Source: a virus
IMG/VR virus record: IMGVR_UViG_3300026521_000527
Coordinates: 1 to 64,000 of that record
DNA length: 64,000 nucleotides
Direction: 5' to 3' (one strand)
The notes under the pieces were generated by a model. That model was not told where the DNA came from and searched no databases. It was given only the letters and a program-made list of their open reading frames with translations. This document shows positions 20,511 to 30,109 of this stretch, one piece after another. Position 1 is the first letter of the stretch; each line of letters opens with the position of its first letter. Made by a program: the position numbers and the translations under genes.

Positions 20511-20957
20511 ATGATAACATTAAATGAAAATACAATTCTTAAAGTAGATAGACTAGTTGAGGAAAGCATTATGGATACAAGAAGAGGTAATCTTTCTTTA
20601 ATGTACCAAGGTCTATCGCCAGAAGAAAGAGAAAGACTTCAAGGACAATATTATCCTGTTCAAAATGCTGGTAAGGCCGCACTTAAATTTGGTGCTCTCG
20701 GTACTCTCGGTGGTTCGGCGGGTTACGCGTTGGCAACTGGAGAGGGGATTGATGATGCACAAGATATACTTACACATGGTGCTATAGTCGGTGGTGGTAC
20801 TGGATTAGGTGCTGGGATAGGACAATATTTTAATGCTAAATCTATGCAGCAAATAAATCCTTCGCAAGCGAAGAAAGATGCAAATACTATGCGTAAGAAA
20901 TATGGTGATGTATATGCTGATGGAGTGCAGGCACAAGGAAGTAAAATATACGGTTAA
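20511..20957 (+). CDS. Gly/Ala-rich hydrophobic protein, candidate inner-head protein
   Basis: Starts LNENTILKVDRLVEES; glycine-zipper-like GAIVGGGTGLGAGIG. Confidence 0.5.
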   Translation: MITLNENTILKVDRLVEESIMDTRRGNLSLMYQGLSPEERERLQGQYYPVQNAGKAALKFGALGTLGGSAGYALATGEGIDDAQDILTHGAIVGGGTGLGAGIGQYFNAKSMQQINPSQAKKDANTMRKKYGDVYADGVQAQGSKIYG

Positions 20958-20982
20958 TCAAATATAAATCAAAAGGATAATC

Positions 20983-21747
20983 ATGGGTATAGATTATGGA
21001 GTCCAACTGGGAGGACCAGTTGGACAAGCACAAGTAAATAGATACCTAGGAGGAAGTCAAAGAACAGAAGGAAGTCATCCTTATATAAAAGGATTCTTCT
21101 ATACATTCTTCGGATTCCCTAGTAAATTATTTACGAGTGATACTATTAATTCTTCTGATGCTTTAACTTATTTGATGTCAGCTGCTGAGGGATATACTCC
21201 TCCAGGTGATAGACAGTTAAAGACAGAGGATGTAATGGGAATGGGTGGAGTAGATTCTAGTTTTATTACTGGACAAACTATTGATAGAAACTTTAGTATT
21301 CAGTATAGAGACTATTGGAAAGCTCCAATTTTTAGAATCCATAGATTATGGACAGGTTTTATAAATCCATATACTGGTGGGGCAACTGGAAAAGATGTAT
21401 CTTTTAGTGCAAATGATTATAAAGGTACATGTATGGTTATTCAAACGAAACCAGTTACTAAAATGGAGAGCGCAGCTTGGTCAGCTGATGATATTATAAA
21501 AGTTGATTTCTTTGACGGTGTTTTTCCAACAACTGATTTGAAATCAATGTATGATGCTAATATTACAGATAATAGTATAGTTAGACCAAATGTTCAATAT
21601 AGATTTGATGGACATCCATTGGATGAGACAAATCCGACAGTTTTATCAAAAGCGCTTGGGTTACTAAAGACAATCAATTATGGAACAGATAGTTCAGCTG
21701 CTGTTTACGAAAAATTATTGAGTAGTAATACTATTCAAGGACTTTAA
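20983..21747 (+). CDS. probable tail tube protein
   Basis: 254 aa, downstream of the sheath; AEGYTPPG..TIDRNFSIQYRD..DGVFPT pattern of tube-like proteins. Confidence 0.6.
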   Translation: MGIDYGVQLGGPVGQAQVNRYLGGSQRTEGSHPYIKGFFYTFFGFPSKLFTSDTINSSDALTYLMSAAEGYTPPGDRQLKTEDVMGMGGVDSSFITGQTIDRNFSIQYRDYWKAPIFRIHRLWTGFINPYTGGATGKDVSFSANDYKGTCMVIQTKPVTKMESAAWSADDIIKVDFFDGVFPTTDLKSMYDANITDNSIVRPNVQYRFDGHPLDETNPTVLSKALGLLKTINYGTDSSAAVYEKLLSSNTIQGL

Positions 21748-21750
21748 CTC

Positions 21751-21780
21751 TCTAGAGATAGGCTTAAGCCTATCTCTAGA
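21751..21780. terminator. perfect 30-bp palindrome after the tube gene
   Basis: tctagagataggctt|aagcctatctctaga. Confidence 0.65.
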
Positions 21781-21851
21781 CCCTCTTGTGCCTCAATTTA
21801 CATAAAAAATCAAAAAACTAAGCAAAAAAATAATTGTTTAAATATTTCAAA

Positions 21852-21913
21852 GAGTTATGTTGGAACATAACTCAAACGAGTTTTAAATTAGGCCGTGGCC
21901 TAATTTAAAACTC
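21852..21913. terminator. two adjacent perfect inverted repeats between convergent operons
   Basis: gagttatgtt-gg-aacataactc (21852-21873) and gagttttaaattaggcc-gt-ggcctaatttaaaactc (21878-21913). Confidence 0.65.
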
Positions 21914-21925
21914 TCCTCTAAACTC

Positions 21926-22732
21926 TTACAAGAATTTCTTATGCATTTCATCATCAATATCCAATTGATAGTACGCCCTTTTATCAATAAAATCTAATTG
22001 TTTTTTGTACTCAAAATCAGAAAGCATTTTATCGTATATTTTTAGATATATTTTTAATGGTTCGTAATTTTCACGAGCTAATACAATAATAAATTTTATG
22101 ATATCATGAGCAACCATTGCTAAAGTAAAAGGAACCAGGCTTTTTCCAAGGATAAAAGCTGAGTTTAATAAAGTAATTATTGTTATAAAATTGAATTTTG
22201 TCAATTTATCCACAGTAGTTGTCGCCATATTATCTGCAAAATAATTATAACTCGATGTTGTGAGACGAAGTATAGTTGGGATAAAATAAAAGGACACAAT
22301 ATTATGTACGTACATAAGTCGATATACATCGTTATTCATAAAAATTTCTTTTTTATTTGAATTGAAAAGTCCGAAGACTTTATTGAATTTTGGAGTATTT
22401 TTAATCTTTGTATTGAATTTTTTGATAAAATCATCTTTTTTTGATAATTCCGTCAGATTTTTTTCTAAGCATTTCATTTTAATTGCTACACTACTTTGAT
22501 TAAAAATATCATCAGGATTTTGAGTCAGGTCATCAAAAGTTCTACCAGAATACTCTTTAAAAAACCAGTTATAGAATCTATAAATCAATATTATATAAAT
22601 AATAACCGAAAATACGATTATATAATCCGGAATTTCTGCACCTAATAATCTACATATAATTGAGTACACAAAAATTATTAGTACCGGAAACATCCAATGA
22701 ACTATAGCATTTTCAATTTTACGAAGCATCAT
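21926..22732 (-). CDS. membrane protein (268 aa)
   Basis: Two N-terminal hydrophobic helices plus further hydrophobic segments. Confidence 0.6.
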   Translation of the reverse strand: MMLRKIENAIVHWMFPVLIIFVYSIICRLLGAEIPDYIIVFSVIIYIILIYRFYNWFFKEYSGRTFDDLTQNPDDIFNQSSVAIKMKCLEKNLTELSKKDDFIKKFNTKIKNTPKFNKVFGLFNSNKKEIFMNNDVYRLMYVHNIVSFYFIPTILRLTTSSYNYFADNMATTTVDKLTKFNFITIITLLNSAFILGKSLVPFTLAMVAHDIIKFIIVLARENYEPLKIYLKIYDKMLSDFEYKKQLDFIDKRAYYQLDIDDEMHKKFL

Positions 22733-23475
22733 TAATTCCTTATAAATCTAGTACTAAAATGATGATGAATTAACATCATGATAAACATCAATAGGGACCA
22801 TACTGATAAAAATTCAAAATATTTTGAAACGACTTCAAACTCCTCAAATATTTTTTTGAATCCTCTTTTTTGAACTTTCTTTTTTTGAATTATATTTATA
22901 TAACCACTCGAAAGATTCTGCTCTTTAGTAAAAGTATATTTTGTCGAATTTAAATCAATCCCAGTATTTTTAATCTTAGTGATTGTCTTTTCTTCAACAA
23001 CATAAACTGGAAGTTTTTCGTAAGGGATATAAATCTTTTCTAAGATTTCAAACGACCCAGGATTTGCAATTAAAAAAACAGTGCACTGAATTATCAAACC
23101 TAATGTCAATACCACAAACAGATTGTCAGATCTATAAACAGATTCAGGTTCATTATCCGAATCTGTGGCTAAAAACTGTAGTAAAAAATAAAAGTTCGTT
23201 ATATTTTTTAGGGAGCTTAGTATATAAACTACCCCAAAAACCCCAAGAGAAATTAGAAACATTGCAACTAATACAATATCTAAATGCATCATAAAAGAAC
23301 TGTATTCTTTTATTGAAAATAGAGCAACATAAAAAAAATTTAGTCCTTCTATAAAAATAAAAAACGCAATCAACCCAATATAATACTCTGCTAAAAATAT
23401 ATAAAAAGGCCGTGTAGAATAATACTCTTTCATGACCCTTAAGAAATTTATTTGCATACCTTGACTCCTTTGCAT
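22732..23475 (-). CDS. multi-pass membrane protein (247 aa)
   Basis: About 4 hydrophobic helices; translationally coupled to the next gene. Confidence 0.6.
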   Translation of the reverse strand: MQRSQGMQINFLRVMKEYYSTRPFYIFLAEYYIGLIAFFIFIEGLNFFYVALFSIKEYSSFMMHLDIVLVAMFLISLGVFGVVYILSSLKNITNFYFLLQFLATDSDNEPESVYRSDNLFVVLTLGLIIQCTVFLIANPGSFEILEKIYIPYEKLPVYVVEEKTITKIKNTGIDLNSTKYTFTKEQNLSSGYINIIQKKKVQKRGFKKIFEEFEVVSKYFEFLSVWSLLMFIMMLIHHHFSTRFIRN

Positions 23476-23831
23476 ATTTGGAATCCTTCGCAGATAGTTA
23501 CTTTGCTATCTGCGTTTGGTCTTTGATCACCTGGCGCAATGAATTTAGACGCCAGGTGAGGCAACAATTCACATATAGCATCCAGTGTTTTTTTGGACAC
23601 TATGAAACGGGTATCCTTTGGATACCACGAAAACTTTGGAAAGTTTTCGAAGCTCTCTGGAACCTTTTCAAAAAAATCCCCTTTTTCATCCACTAGGACT
23701 TTTTTATACTTAACCCGAACCTGGTGGCTTTTGCCACACGGCTCCCAATGGTATATACCATCTGAAAGCTTTACAGTCACCGGATGATAGCATAGGTTCA
23801 CGATGCTATCATCAGTTTTGAACTTATTCAT
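23448..23831 (-). CDS. hypothetical protein (IVNLxxHP family-like, 127 aa)
   Basis: IVNLCYHPVTV..RV..FIVS..FIAP..GF resembles a widespread viral NLTPH-type domain of unknown function. Confidence 0.45.
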   Translation of the reverse strand: MNKFKTDDSIVNLCYHPVTVKLSDGIYHWEPCGKSHQVRVKYKKVLVDEKGDFFEKVPESFENFPKFSWYPKDTRFIVSKKTLDAICELLPHLASKFIAPGDQRPNADSKVTICEGFQICKGVKVCK

Positions 23832-24411
23832 CCTTTCTCCTTTTGTAAATTCTTTTAATTATCCAGGAGATAATATTATACTTACTCCCGAAATTAATAT
23901 TATATTTTTTACCACTTTGAGTTGCATAAACAACCAAAGCAGCTCCCTCTACAGAAAATACATGAGACACTTTATTAGTCCCAGGATATTTTCTTTCAAA
24001 GACAAAAGCCGATGCTATTTTCGCAAATGGGCTTTTGTCTAAAAGCTTTTCTATCTTCTTGAGCTCCTTAAGCTCACCTACCTCCATAAGGCATGTTGAA
24101 CTTAATTCACAAACCCCATGTAAAGTTCTATAAAGAACTTCTTTTTGTAGAGTCCATTTAGACTCTACAGGGCGTGAAGATAGTTTATCAATAGCCGCGA
24201 AGATCAACTCGTCTCGATCATAATAATGAACAGGAGCTCCAGGTCCGCCAGCAGCTTCCTGAGTCAATCTTCTAAGACCAAAATTCTTTACAAGATCTTG
24301 TAAAGCCGAGTTTACACTCGTTTTTACTTTAGATCTATCCAGAACCATATTGGCTTCTTTAGCCACTAATACCAATGAGGCTATAGCCTCTGACGAAATT
24401 AAAGAAGACAT
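23824..24411 (-). CDS. hypothetical protein (195 aa)
   Basis: AAAGGAG RBS; overlaps its neighbours in an operon. Confidence 0.55.
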   Translation of the reverse strand: MSSLISSEAIASLVLVAKEANMVLDRSKVKTSVNSALQDLVKNFGLRRLTQEAAGGPGAPVHYYDRDELIFAAIDKLSSRPVESKWTLQKEVLYRTLHGVCELSSTCLMEVGELKELKKIEKLLDKSPFAKIASAFVFERKYPGTNKVSHVFSVEGAALVVYATQSGKKYNINFGSKYNIISWIIKRIYKRRKDE

Positions 24412-24590
24412 AAGATCTCCTTTAATTCATCCATTGTAATGCCTAAAGAGGCTAATCTACCTGAAGCTTCATAGAATCTACCTGCCATAGATCCTTTTTT
24501 GATGGTTACAGTTGTCCCATCATTGGTGCTAATTTTAGCAACACCTTTTGATAGCTCAACTATCAACCCTCTTTGAATTAATTCTTTCAT
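24399..24590 (-). CDS. small hypothetical protein (63 aa)
   Basis: AAAGGAG RBS directly after the conserved leader repeat. Confidence 0.6.
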   Translation of the reverse strand: MKELIQRGLIVELSKGVAKISTNDGTTVTIKKGSMAGRFYEASGRLASLGITMDELKEILCLL

Positions 24591-24695
24591 CTTTTCTCCT
24601 TTAAAAAATAAAAAAATAGCCTGTTGTAGGCAACATGAAGAACCTCCCGATTGAGGTTCAATATAATTATTTATATACTTACTTGAGTAATTCTA
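24588..24695 (-). promoter_or_regulatory. promoter/leader direct repeat, copy 1
   Basis: Minus strand: TAGAAT-N10-AGTATATAAATAATTATA, hairpin GAACCTC-AATCGG-GAGGTTC, GCCT..AGGC hairpin plus U-tract, RBS AAAGGAG; closely similar to 32932-33043. Confidence 0.75.
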
Positions 24696-24703
24696 AATGC
24701 AAG

Positions 24704-26137
24704 TTAAATGAGATCAATGTCAATTAAATCCTGAAACTGAGTCTCATTTGACATATGTATATAAAAACCAAGATTCTCCACAACTTTTATTAAATCAGGT
24801 GGGAGTTTGTATCCTAATCTGGCATAATAATTTTTTAAATAATTCACTCCATATTTTTTAAGAAATTTTGTATTTATTTCTTGTCCATGAATGAACCATT
24901 TTTTCTCTCGGATCATACCGTTAATATTATATTTAATACGAGCTGGTTTATCTAAATTATGCAACTGATCAAGATAATAAAATTCTTCCAGTTTTATTGA
25001 ATTATTTTCATTATCATGATATTTAATTCTTGCTGGTCCATCACTCCTATGTAATAAATTATGCCTTCTATATTCTTGCAATTTTAAATTACCTGAATGA
25101 AATCTATGTGTAATCGCCGGCCCATTTTCTCTATGATTAAAACCGTATTGATAATACTCTTCTTTTAAATTAATACAATCATCTAATAATTTATCATTTT
25201 CCTTTGCTTTATGAACAATAAGCGCAGGCCTATCTTTACGATGCAATGATCCCATATATTTATATTTTAACATTATTTTTATATCGTCGTTTGATCCAAC
25301 GATTCTGATTTCTGTTAGATCATTGGTATTATCATGCCCTATGAATCCACCATCAGTTGATCTATACCCATATTGCATCAATTTTCTTTTATGATTATTT
25401 TGATAAACTATTGGTAATTGAGCTATTGAATGTTCTTTTTGACTTAAATTAAATTTTTTGATAAGTTCTTTTGGTAGAACTGGAAGATCATCAGGCCAAT
25501 CGAAAAAGTCATTCTCATGTTCCTTTAAAATAACCCCCATTTTTTCTTCGAGATTTTGAATGACTTCGAGTTCTTTTGGACTCAATTGAAGATCATTGAA
25601 TTCATCTTTATTGTACTCATTATCGAAAGCATAGAAATTTTCTTCAAAAATATGAACTTTACCGGTTGATAAATCCATATGTCGTTTGATATAAGCAGGA
25701 CCATCTTCTCGATGCAAAATACCAAATTGTCTATAGATATCAATTGTTGTATAAAAATATTTATCTTCATCATAATAATAATTACCTAGGTATTCAACTG
25801 GCAATCCATTATCATTATGTATTTTACCGTTTTTCCTGTACGAATAATCGAACCGATCGATTTTTTCTTGGTGATAATTACCAGTTATAAAAGTAACTTG
25901 TGCCGGCCCATTATCACAATGAAGAGTATTTGATTTATATATATCAAAACTCATTAAGTTGGCAGATATATTAAAAGAATGATTTTCTATAGTTTTTGAA
26001 ATTATTGAAATCTTTTCAAACGCAGCCTTGATTGGATCCATGCTTATTTTAGGCTGCTCACCAAATTTAAATGAATCATTATAGAATTTCTTCTGATGAA
26101 CTATCTGTTGTAGTATTTGACTCCCTAGTTGCGGCAT
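24704..26137 (-). CDS. HRxDGPA (MORN-variant/YwqK-like) repeat protein 1
   Basis: About 7 repeats (HCDNGPA, HREDGPA, HRENGPA, HRSDGPA..); start moved to MPQLG after AAAGGAG (ORF track start 26164). Confidence 0.75.
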   Translation of the reverse strand: MPQLGSQILQQIVHQKKFYNDSFKFGEQPKISMDPIKAAFEKISIISKTIENHSFNISANLMSFDIYKSNTLHCDNGPAQVTFITGNYHQEKIDRFDYSYRKNGKIHNDNGLPVEYLGNYYYDEDKYFYTTIDIYRQFGILHREDGPAYIKRHMDLSTGKVHIFEENFYAFDNEYNKDEFNDLQLSPKELEVIQNLEEKMGVILKEHENDFFDWPDDLPVLPKELIKKFNLSQKEHSIAQLPIVYQNNHKRKLMQYGYRSTDGGFIGHDNTNDLTEIRIVGSNDDIKIMLKYKYMGSLHRKDRPALIVHKAKENDKLLDDCINLKEEYYQYGFNHRENGPAITHRFHSGNLKLQEYRRHNLLHRSDGPARIKYHDNENNSIKLEEFYYLDQLHNLDKPARIKYNINGMIREKKWFIHGQEINTKFLKKYGVNYLKNYYARLGYKLPPDLIKVVENLGFYIHMSNETQFQDLIDIDLI

Positions 26138-27713
26138 TGTCTCTCCTTTCTTTTTCAACTTCATTGACCCATATTTGAATCTCTTCTGGGATTAAAATAT
26201 TCTCGTCAGAATATAATCGTTTAAGATCTTCTAAATTTTTAGGAACTTTTAAAAAATCTTTTGTAATATGATCACCAAATATAATATAGTGCCAGTCGAC
26301 TGGCACTCTTTCATCATTATATTTAATGTACGCAGGCCCATCCAACCGATGTTTTTTACCCATGTTGTAATATACTTCTTTATATAATACACCGGGTTTG
26401 CTATATATAATTACTGCCGGACCATCATCTCGATGCAGCAATCCCATTTTATAATATTTTTTTAACCTCATATTAACAAGCCCATCATCACACAGACTAT
26501 CGAAATAAAACAATTCCGCTGGTCCAATTTCACGGTGCTTTAAACCGAATGAATATATGCATTTATATGCTAGAACACTTTGTGAATCACTAATATATTT
26601 ATATTTTAAATGATGTCCATGTTTTATACCGAAACTATAACATATAGTTTCTTTTTTACAACCACTATCAAAATATTTTTTAACTGCTGGGATGTGTTCA
26701 CTCTCACGATGTAAAAGCCCAAATTTATAATACTGTTCCAAAATAGTTTTTCCTGATGGACCTATTTCAATAACAGCTGGAGTCAAAGCTGAATTCCGGT
26801 GTTTTTTACCGTTAAAAGTGCAGTATGTTGTTTTTTTAGTATGTTTTCCTTTTTGGCGCTCGTAAACTTTTTCACCCAATTCTGGCAATACAATTAATCT
26901 ATCGAATTCTTTTTTTGGTAATTGCGTGCCAAAAAGAAAATATATTTCATCAGCAGGCACATCATCATTTTTATTGTATTTAATTCTCGCAGGACCATTT
27001 TCATTATGTCTGAATCCAAATTGATAAAACTCCAAAGTCCTAGATGTATTTTTATCATAATCTATTCCAGTCAATGTTGCATCTTTTTCAATAATATTGA
27101 TTTTCGCAGGTTCGGAATCCCTATGAGTCAAACCAAACTGATTCCAAGTAAAATTAAATGTTCTATTCAATTTATCTCTTCTTGTTGTATGCATTTCATA
27201 TTTTACAGCTGGGAGATCTAATTCCGAATGCAGTTTACCAAAACGAAAGTGTCTAGATTCTTTCGTAATTCCTCGACCTTGATAACTTTCATATACAGAG
27301 ATGTTGTATTTTCGAATACTGTTGGTAACCTGACTAGCCAAAGATATATTATGACGAATTCCGTACTCAAAAGATTCCATCGAAATGTGAAAATGACCAT
27401 CTGTTTTTGCATTCATAAAATAATTCGGAGTAATTACATTATGTTGAATACCTGCCTTAAAAAAAGAAAAATCTCTTCTTGTTTCGAAATGCATAGTATC
27501 ATCATTCGCCTCCAGTGGTTCAGTATATGTAAATGTTATCTTTGATGCCGCCTCTAAATTTTTCATGTTATTTACTTCTGGATCAATCATTGCAACAGGT
27601 GTATGCAAAATACCAAAATAACTATTGTTTGAACTAGCTCGCCCACCATTCTGGTTCTTAGATCTTAAATGATTGAAAATTCCTTCTTTAGGTTGAGTTA
27701 CTAAATATCTCAT
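26079..27713 (-). CDS. HRxDGPA repeat protein 2 (544 aa)
   Basis: About 12 repeats (HNENGPA, HREIGPA, HRDDGPA, HRLDGPA..); GAGGAGG RBS. Confidence 0.8.
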   Translation of the reverse strand: MRYLVTQPKEGIFNHLRSKNQNGGRASSNNSYFGILHTPVAMIDPEVNNMKNLEAASKITFTYTEPLEANDDTMHFETRRDFSFFKAGIQHNVITPNYFMNAKTDGHFHISMESFEYGIRHNISLASQVTNSIRKYNISVYESYQGRGITKESRHFRFGKLHSELDLPAVKYEMHTTRRDKLNRTFNFTWNQFGLTHRDSEPAKINIIEKDATLTGIDYDKNTSRTLEFYQFGFRHNENGPARIKYNKNDDVPADEIYFLFGTQLPKKEFDRLIVLPELGEKVYERQKGKHTKKTTYCTFNGKKHRNSALTPAVIEIGPSGKTILEQYYKFGLLHRESEHIPAVKKYFDSGCKKETICYSFGIKHGHHLKYKYISDSQSVLAYKCIYSFGLKHREIGPAELFYFDSLCDDGLVNMRLKKYYKMGLLHRDDGPAVIIYSKPGVLYKEVYYNMGKKHRLDGPAYIKYNDERVPVDWHYIIFGDHITKDFLKVPKNLEDLKRLYSDENILIPEEIQIWVNEVEKERRDNAATRESNTTTDSSSEEIL

Positions 27714-28078
27714 ATATCCTCCTCAATTATATTATTGATATCAAAACTTCCAAGATAAACCTTAGAGTTCTTTGGAACTCTTTTAATTCCTTCTGGATGC
27801 TTTTTCACCCGTTGTCTTATTTCAAACGAGTTTAATTCGAACTCAGTTTTTTGGTCACACCAATATACAAAAGGTAAACCATCCCAAGATTTTACAATCT
27901 TTTTTTGACCGGCAATTACAACATGAAGCTCAACAATATATGCCTGTATATTATCATCAATGTATGTTGCAACTTCAAAGACTTCACCTGAATTAAATTC
28001 AGGTTTATCTAAACCGAGGTCAAATAACTCAATCTGATCTTCAGTTATATTTTTAAATTTCAATTTCCATAATTTCAT
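27710..28078 (-). CDS. hypothetical protein (122 aa)
   Basis: ATGA overlaps with both neighbours; RBS. Confidence 0.6.
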   Translation of the reverse strand: MKLWKLKFKNITEDQIELFDLGLDKPEFNSGEVFEVATYIDDNIQAYIVELHVVIAGQKKIVKSWDGLPFVYWCDQKTEFELNSFEIRQRVKKHPEGIKRVPKNSKVYLGSFDINNIIEEDI

Positions 28079-30099
28079 AATGTCTCCCCTTTATCATCTT
28101 GACTTAAATTAATTAAAATATTTTGCTCTTGAGTTCTTTGGAACTGAAACTCTCGTTCTTTTTTTTTAATTTCTTTTTGGAGTTCTGGTGGAATATCCCG
28201 TCCAATTGCCCCAAAATACTTTCGGATTTCGTCAATAATTTCTTGATCCATTCTAGGACCACCAATACAACAACCAGCCGATTTAAATATTCTTTGTCCG
28301 AATAAACACCATTCTTGATAATAGCCTGAGCTTTCTATAATCGCAGGTCCGTCCAATCGATGTAAGTTATTCATAATAAAATATTTTTTAAGAATAATTC
28401 TCCCATCAGTGTTTCGCTTGACCCAGGCAGGCCCATCCAATCGATGTTTGTGCCCATACTTAAACCATATCTGTTTTCGAATACTACCGTCAGGATTGTA
28501 ATATACTCTCGCAGGTCCATACTCGTTATGTATCATATCCAAACAATGATATTCAATTTTCACTAAATGATACTCATCTGTTTCTGTCTTCTTAAATATT
28601 TTTACACTTGGACCCCAACCATATTTACTTTGACTATGTAAGTATCCAAATTGATAATAGTACTCTTTTGATACACGACCGTCTGAAAAATACTCAATTA
28701 TAGCTGGTCCATCCTCTCGATGATATTTATTAAATTGATAATAATCTTCTTTTATTTTACAACCATTTTTATCAAACTCAATAATTGCTGGACCATCATC
28801 ATTATGCAAATAATCAAATTGGTAAAACGAAGCTTGTTTCATTTTAAATTCTTCAGTCACATCTAGCTTTTCGTCGAAATAATTTTCAACTATAGCTGGT
28901 CCGCTGTCCCGATGTCTTTGACCAAATTGAAAATATTCCTCTCGAATAACTCTACCAAACTCATCCTGTAATAAAAAAGCAGGACCATCTTCTCGATGCA
29001 TTCTACCAAATTGCCTCCAGACTTTTAAAGTAAATTTATAATGACTTCCGTCAATATCAGATATTGATTCTCCAATAACTGCTGGCCCATCACTACAATG
29101 AATTCTACCAAAAACATTTTTAAATGAACATCCAAATTCCAAATTTAAAAATATATCTAGATGATGTATGCCATATCTTACGGTTTTTTCAATAATACTA
29201 CTGTTTTCAGCAATTAGTCTTTCTGCACCAAGCTTTTTGTAAACAGATTCTTCGATTGATTGCCCAAATAAAAAGAATCTTTTTTCCGGTATAAAGAAAT
29301 TAGTATCTGTTGTTTCATTCAAGACAATAGCAGGACCATCTTCTCGATGCAAAATACCAAATTGTCTATAATCAGCAATATATGCCAACTTATCTTTATC
29401 CAGTATTTTTAATTTTGGGCCATCAATTTCAATAAGTTTATACATATTATTGAATTTATTAAAAAATGTAATATCTGCCGGCCCGATTGTGTTGTGACAC
29501 AAATTAAATTCAAGATAAGATATAACATTTTTATTACTAGTTTCCATATCAGTATCAATAAGCGCTGGCCCAATAAGATGGGATCTATGAGGATTCCCAA
29601 ACTTAATAAATTTTTCAACGGTCCCTGTTTCTGTATTTAAATTTTTTGTAATAACAGCAGGACCATCATCTCGATGCAAAATATCAAATTTATACCATAT
29701 TTTTTTCATGCCTGAAAATCTCCCATGATAGTTTCGAATTTCGGCCGGCGCATTTTCTTTATGCTTGAAACCAAATCTATGAAAAATCGAAATAGTTTCG
29801 TCATCATTATGTATTTTTACCTCCATAGGTTGACCAACTTTATATTTTTTAAAAGTTGCATAATTTCTTATTTCAGTTATAAAACCAAAATCAAATTTTT
29901 TCTCAATGATACACGAACCATTAACTGTTATTCGGTTTATTAAATCATTATTAACAGTAATTGATGGATAGTTAGGATTGTGTTTAATTCCATATTTATA
30001 AAACTGGGTATCTCCATTATTATAAATAACAGCTGGCTCTGCATCATTTACATTATGAAGCACTCCGAAATATCTTTCTTCTTTTAATTTTTGAAGCAT
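28075..30099 (-). CDS. HRxDGPA repeat protein 3
   Basis: About 16 repeats; start moved to MLQKL after AAAAGGA (ORF track start 30159). Confidence 0.8.
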   Translation of the reverse strand: MLQKLKEERYFGVLHNVNDAEPAVIYNNGDTQFYKYGIKHNPNYPSITVNNDLINRITVNGSCIIEKKFDFGFITEIRNYATFKKYKVGQPMEVKIHNDDETISIFHRFGFKHKENAPAEIRNYHGRFSGMKKIWYKFDILHRDDGPAVITKNLNTETGTVEKFIKFGNPHRSHLIGPALIDTDMETSNKNVISYLEFNLCHNTIGPADITFFNKFNNMYKLIEIDGPKLKILDKDKLAYIADYRQFGILHREDGPAIVLNETTDTNFFIPEKRFFLFGQSIEESVYKKLGAERLIAENSSIIEKTVRYGIHHLDIFLNLEFGCSFKNVFGRIHCSDGPAVIGESISDIDGSHYKFTLKVWRQFGRMHREDGPAFLLQDEFGRVIREEYFQFGQRHRDSGPAIVENYFDEKLDVTEEFKMKQASFYQFDYLHNDDGPAIIEFDKNGCKIKEDYYQFNKYHREDGPAIIEYFSDGRVSKEYYYQFGYLHSQSKYGWGPSVKIFKKTETDEYHLVKIEYHCLDMIHNEYGPARVYYNPDGSIRKQIWFKYGHKHRLDGPAWVKRNTDGRIILKKYFIMNNLHRLDGPAIIESSGYYQEWCLFGQRIFKSAGCCIGGPRMDQEIIDEIRKYFGAIGRDIPPELQKEIKKKEREFQFQRTQEQNILINLSQDDKGETL

Positions 30100-30109
30100 G
30101 TTTTTCCTT

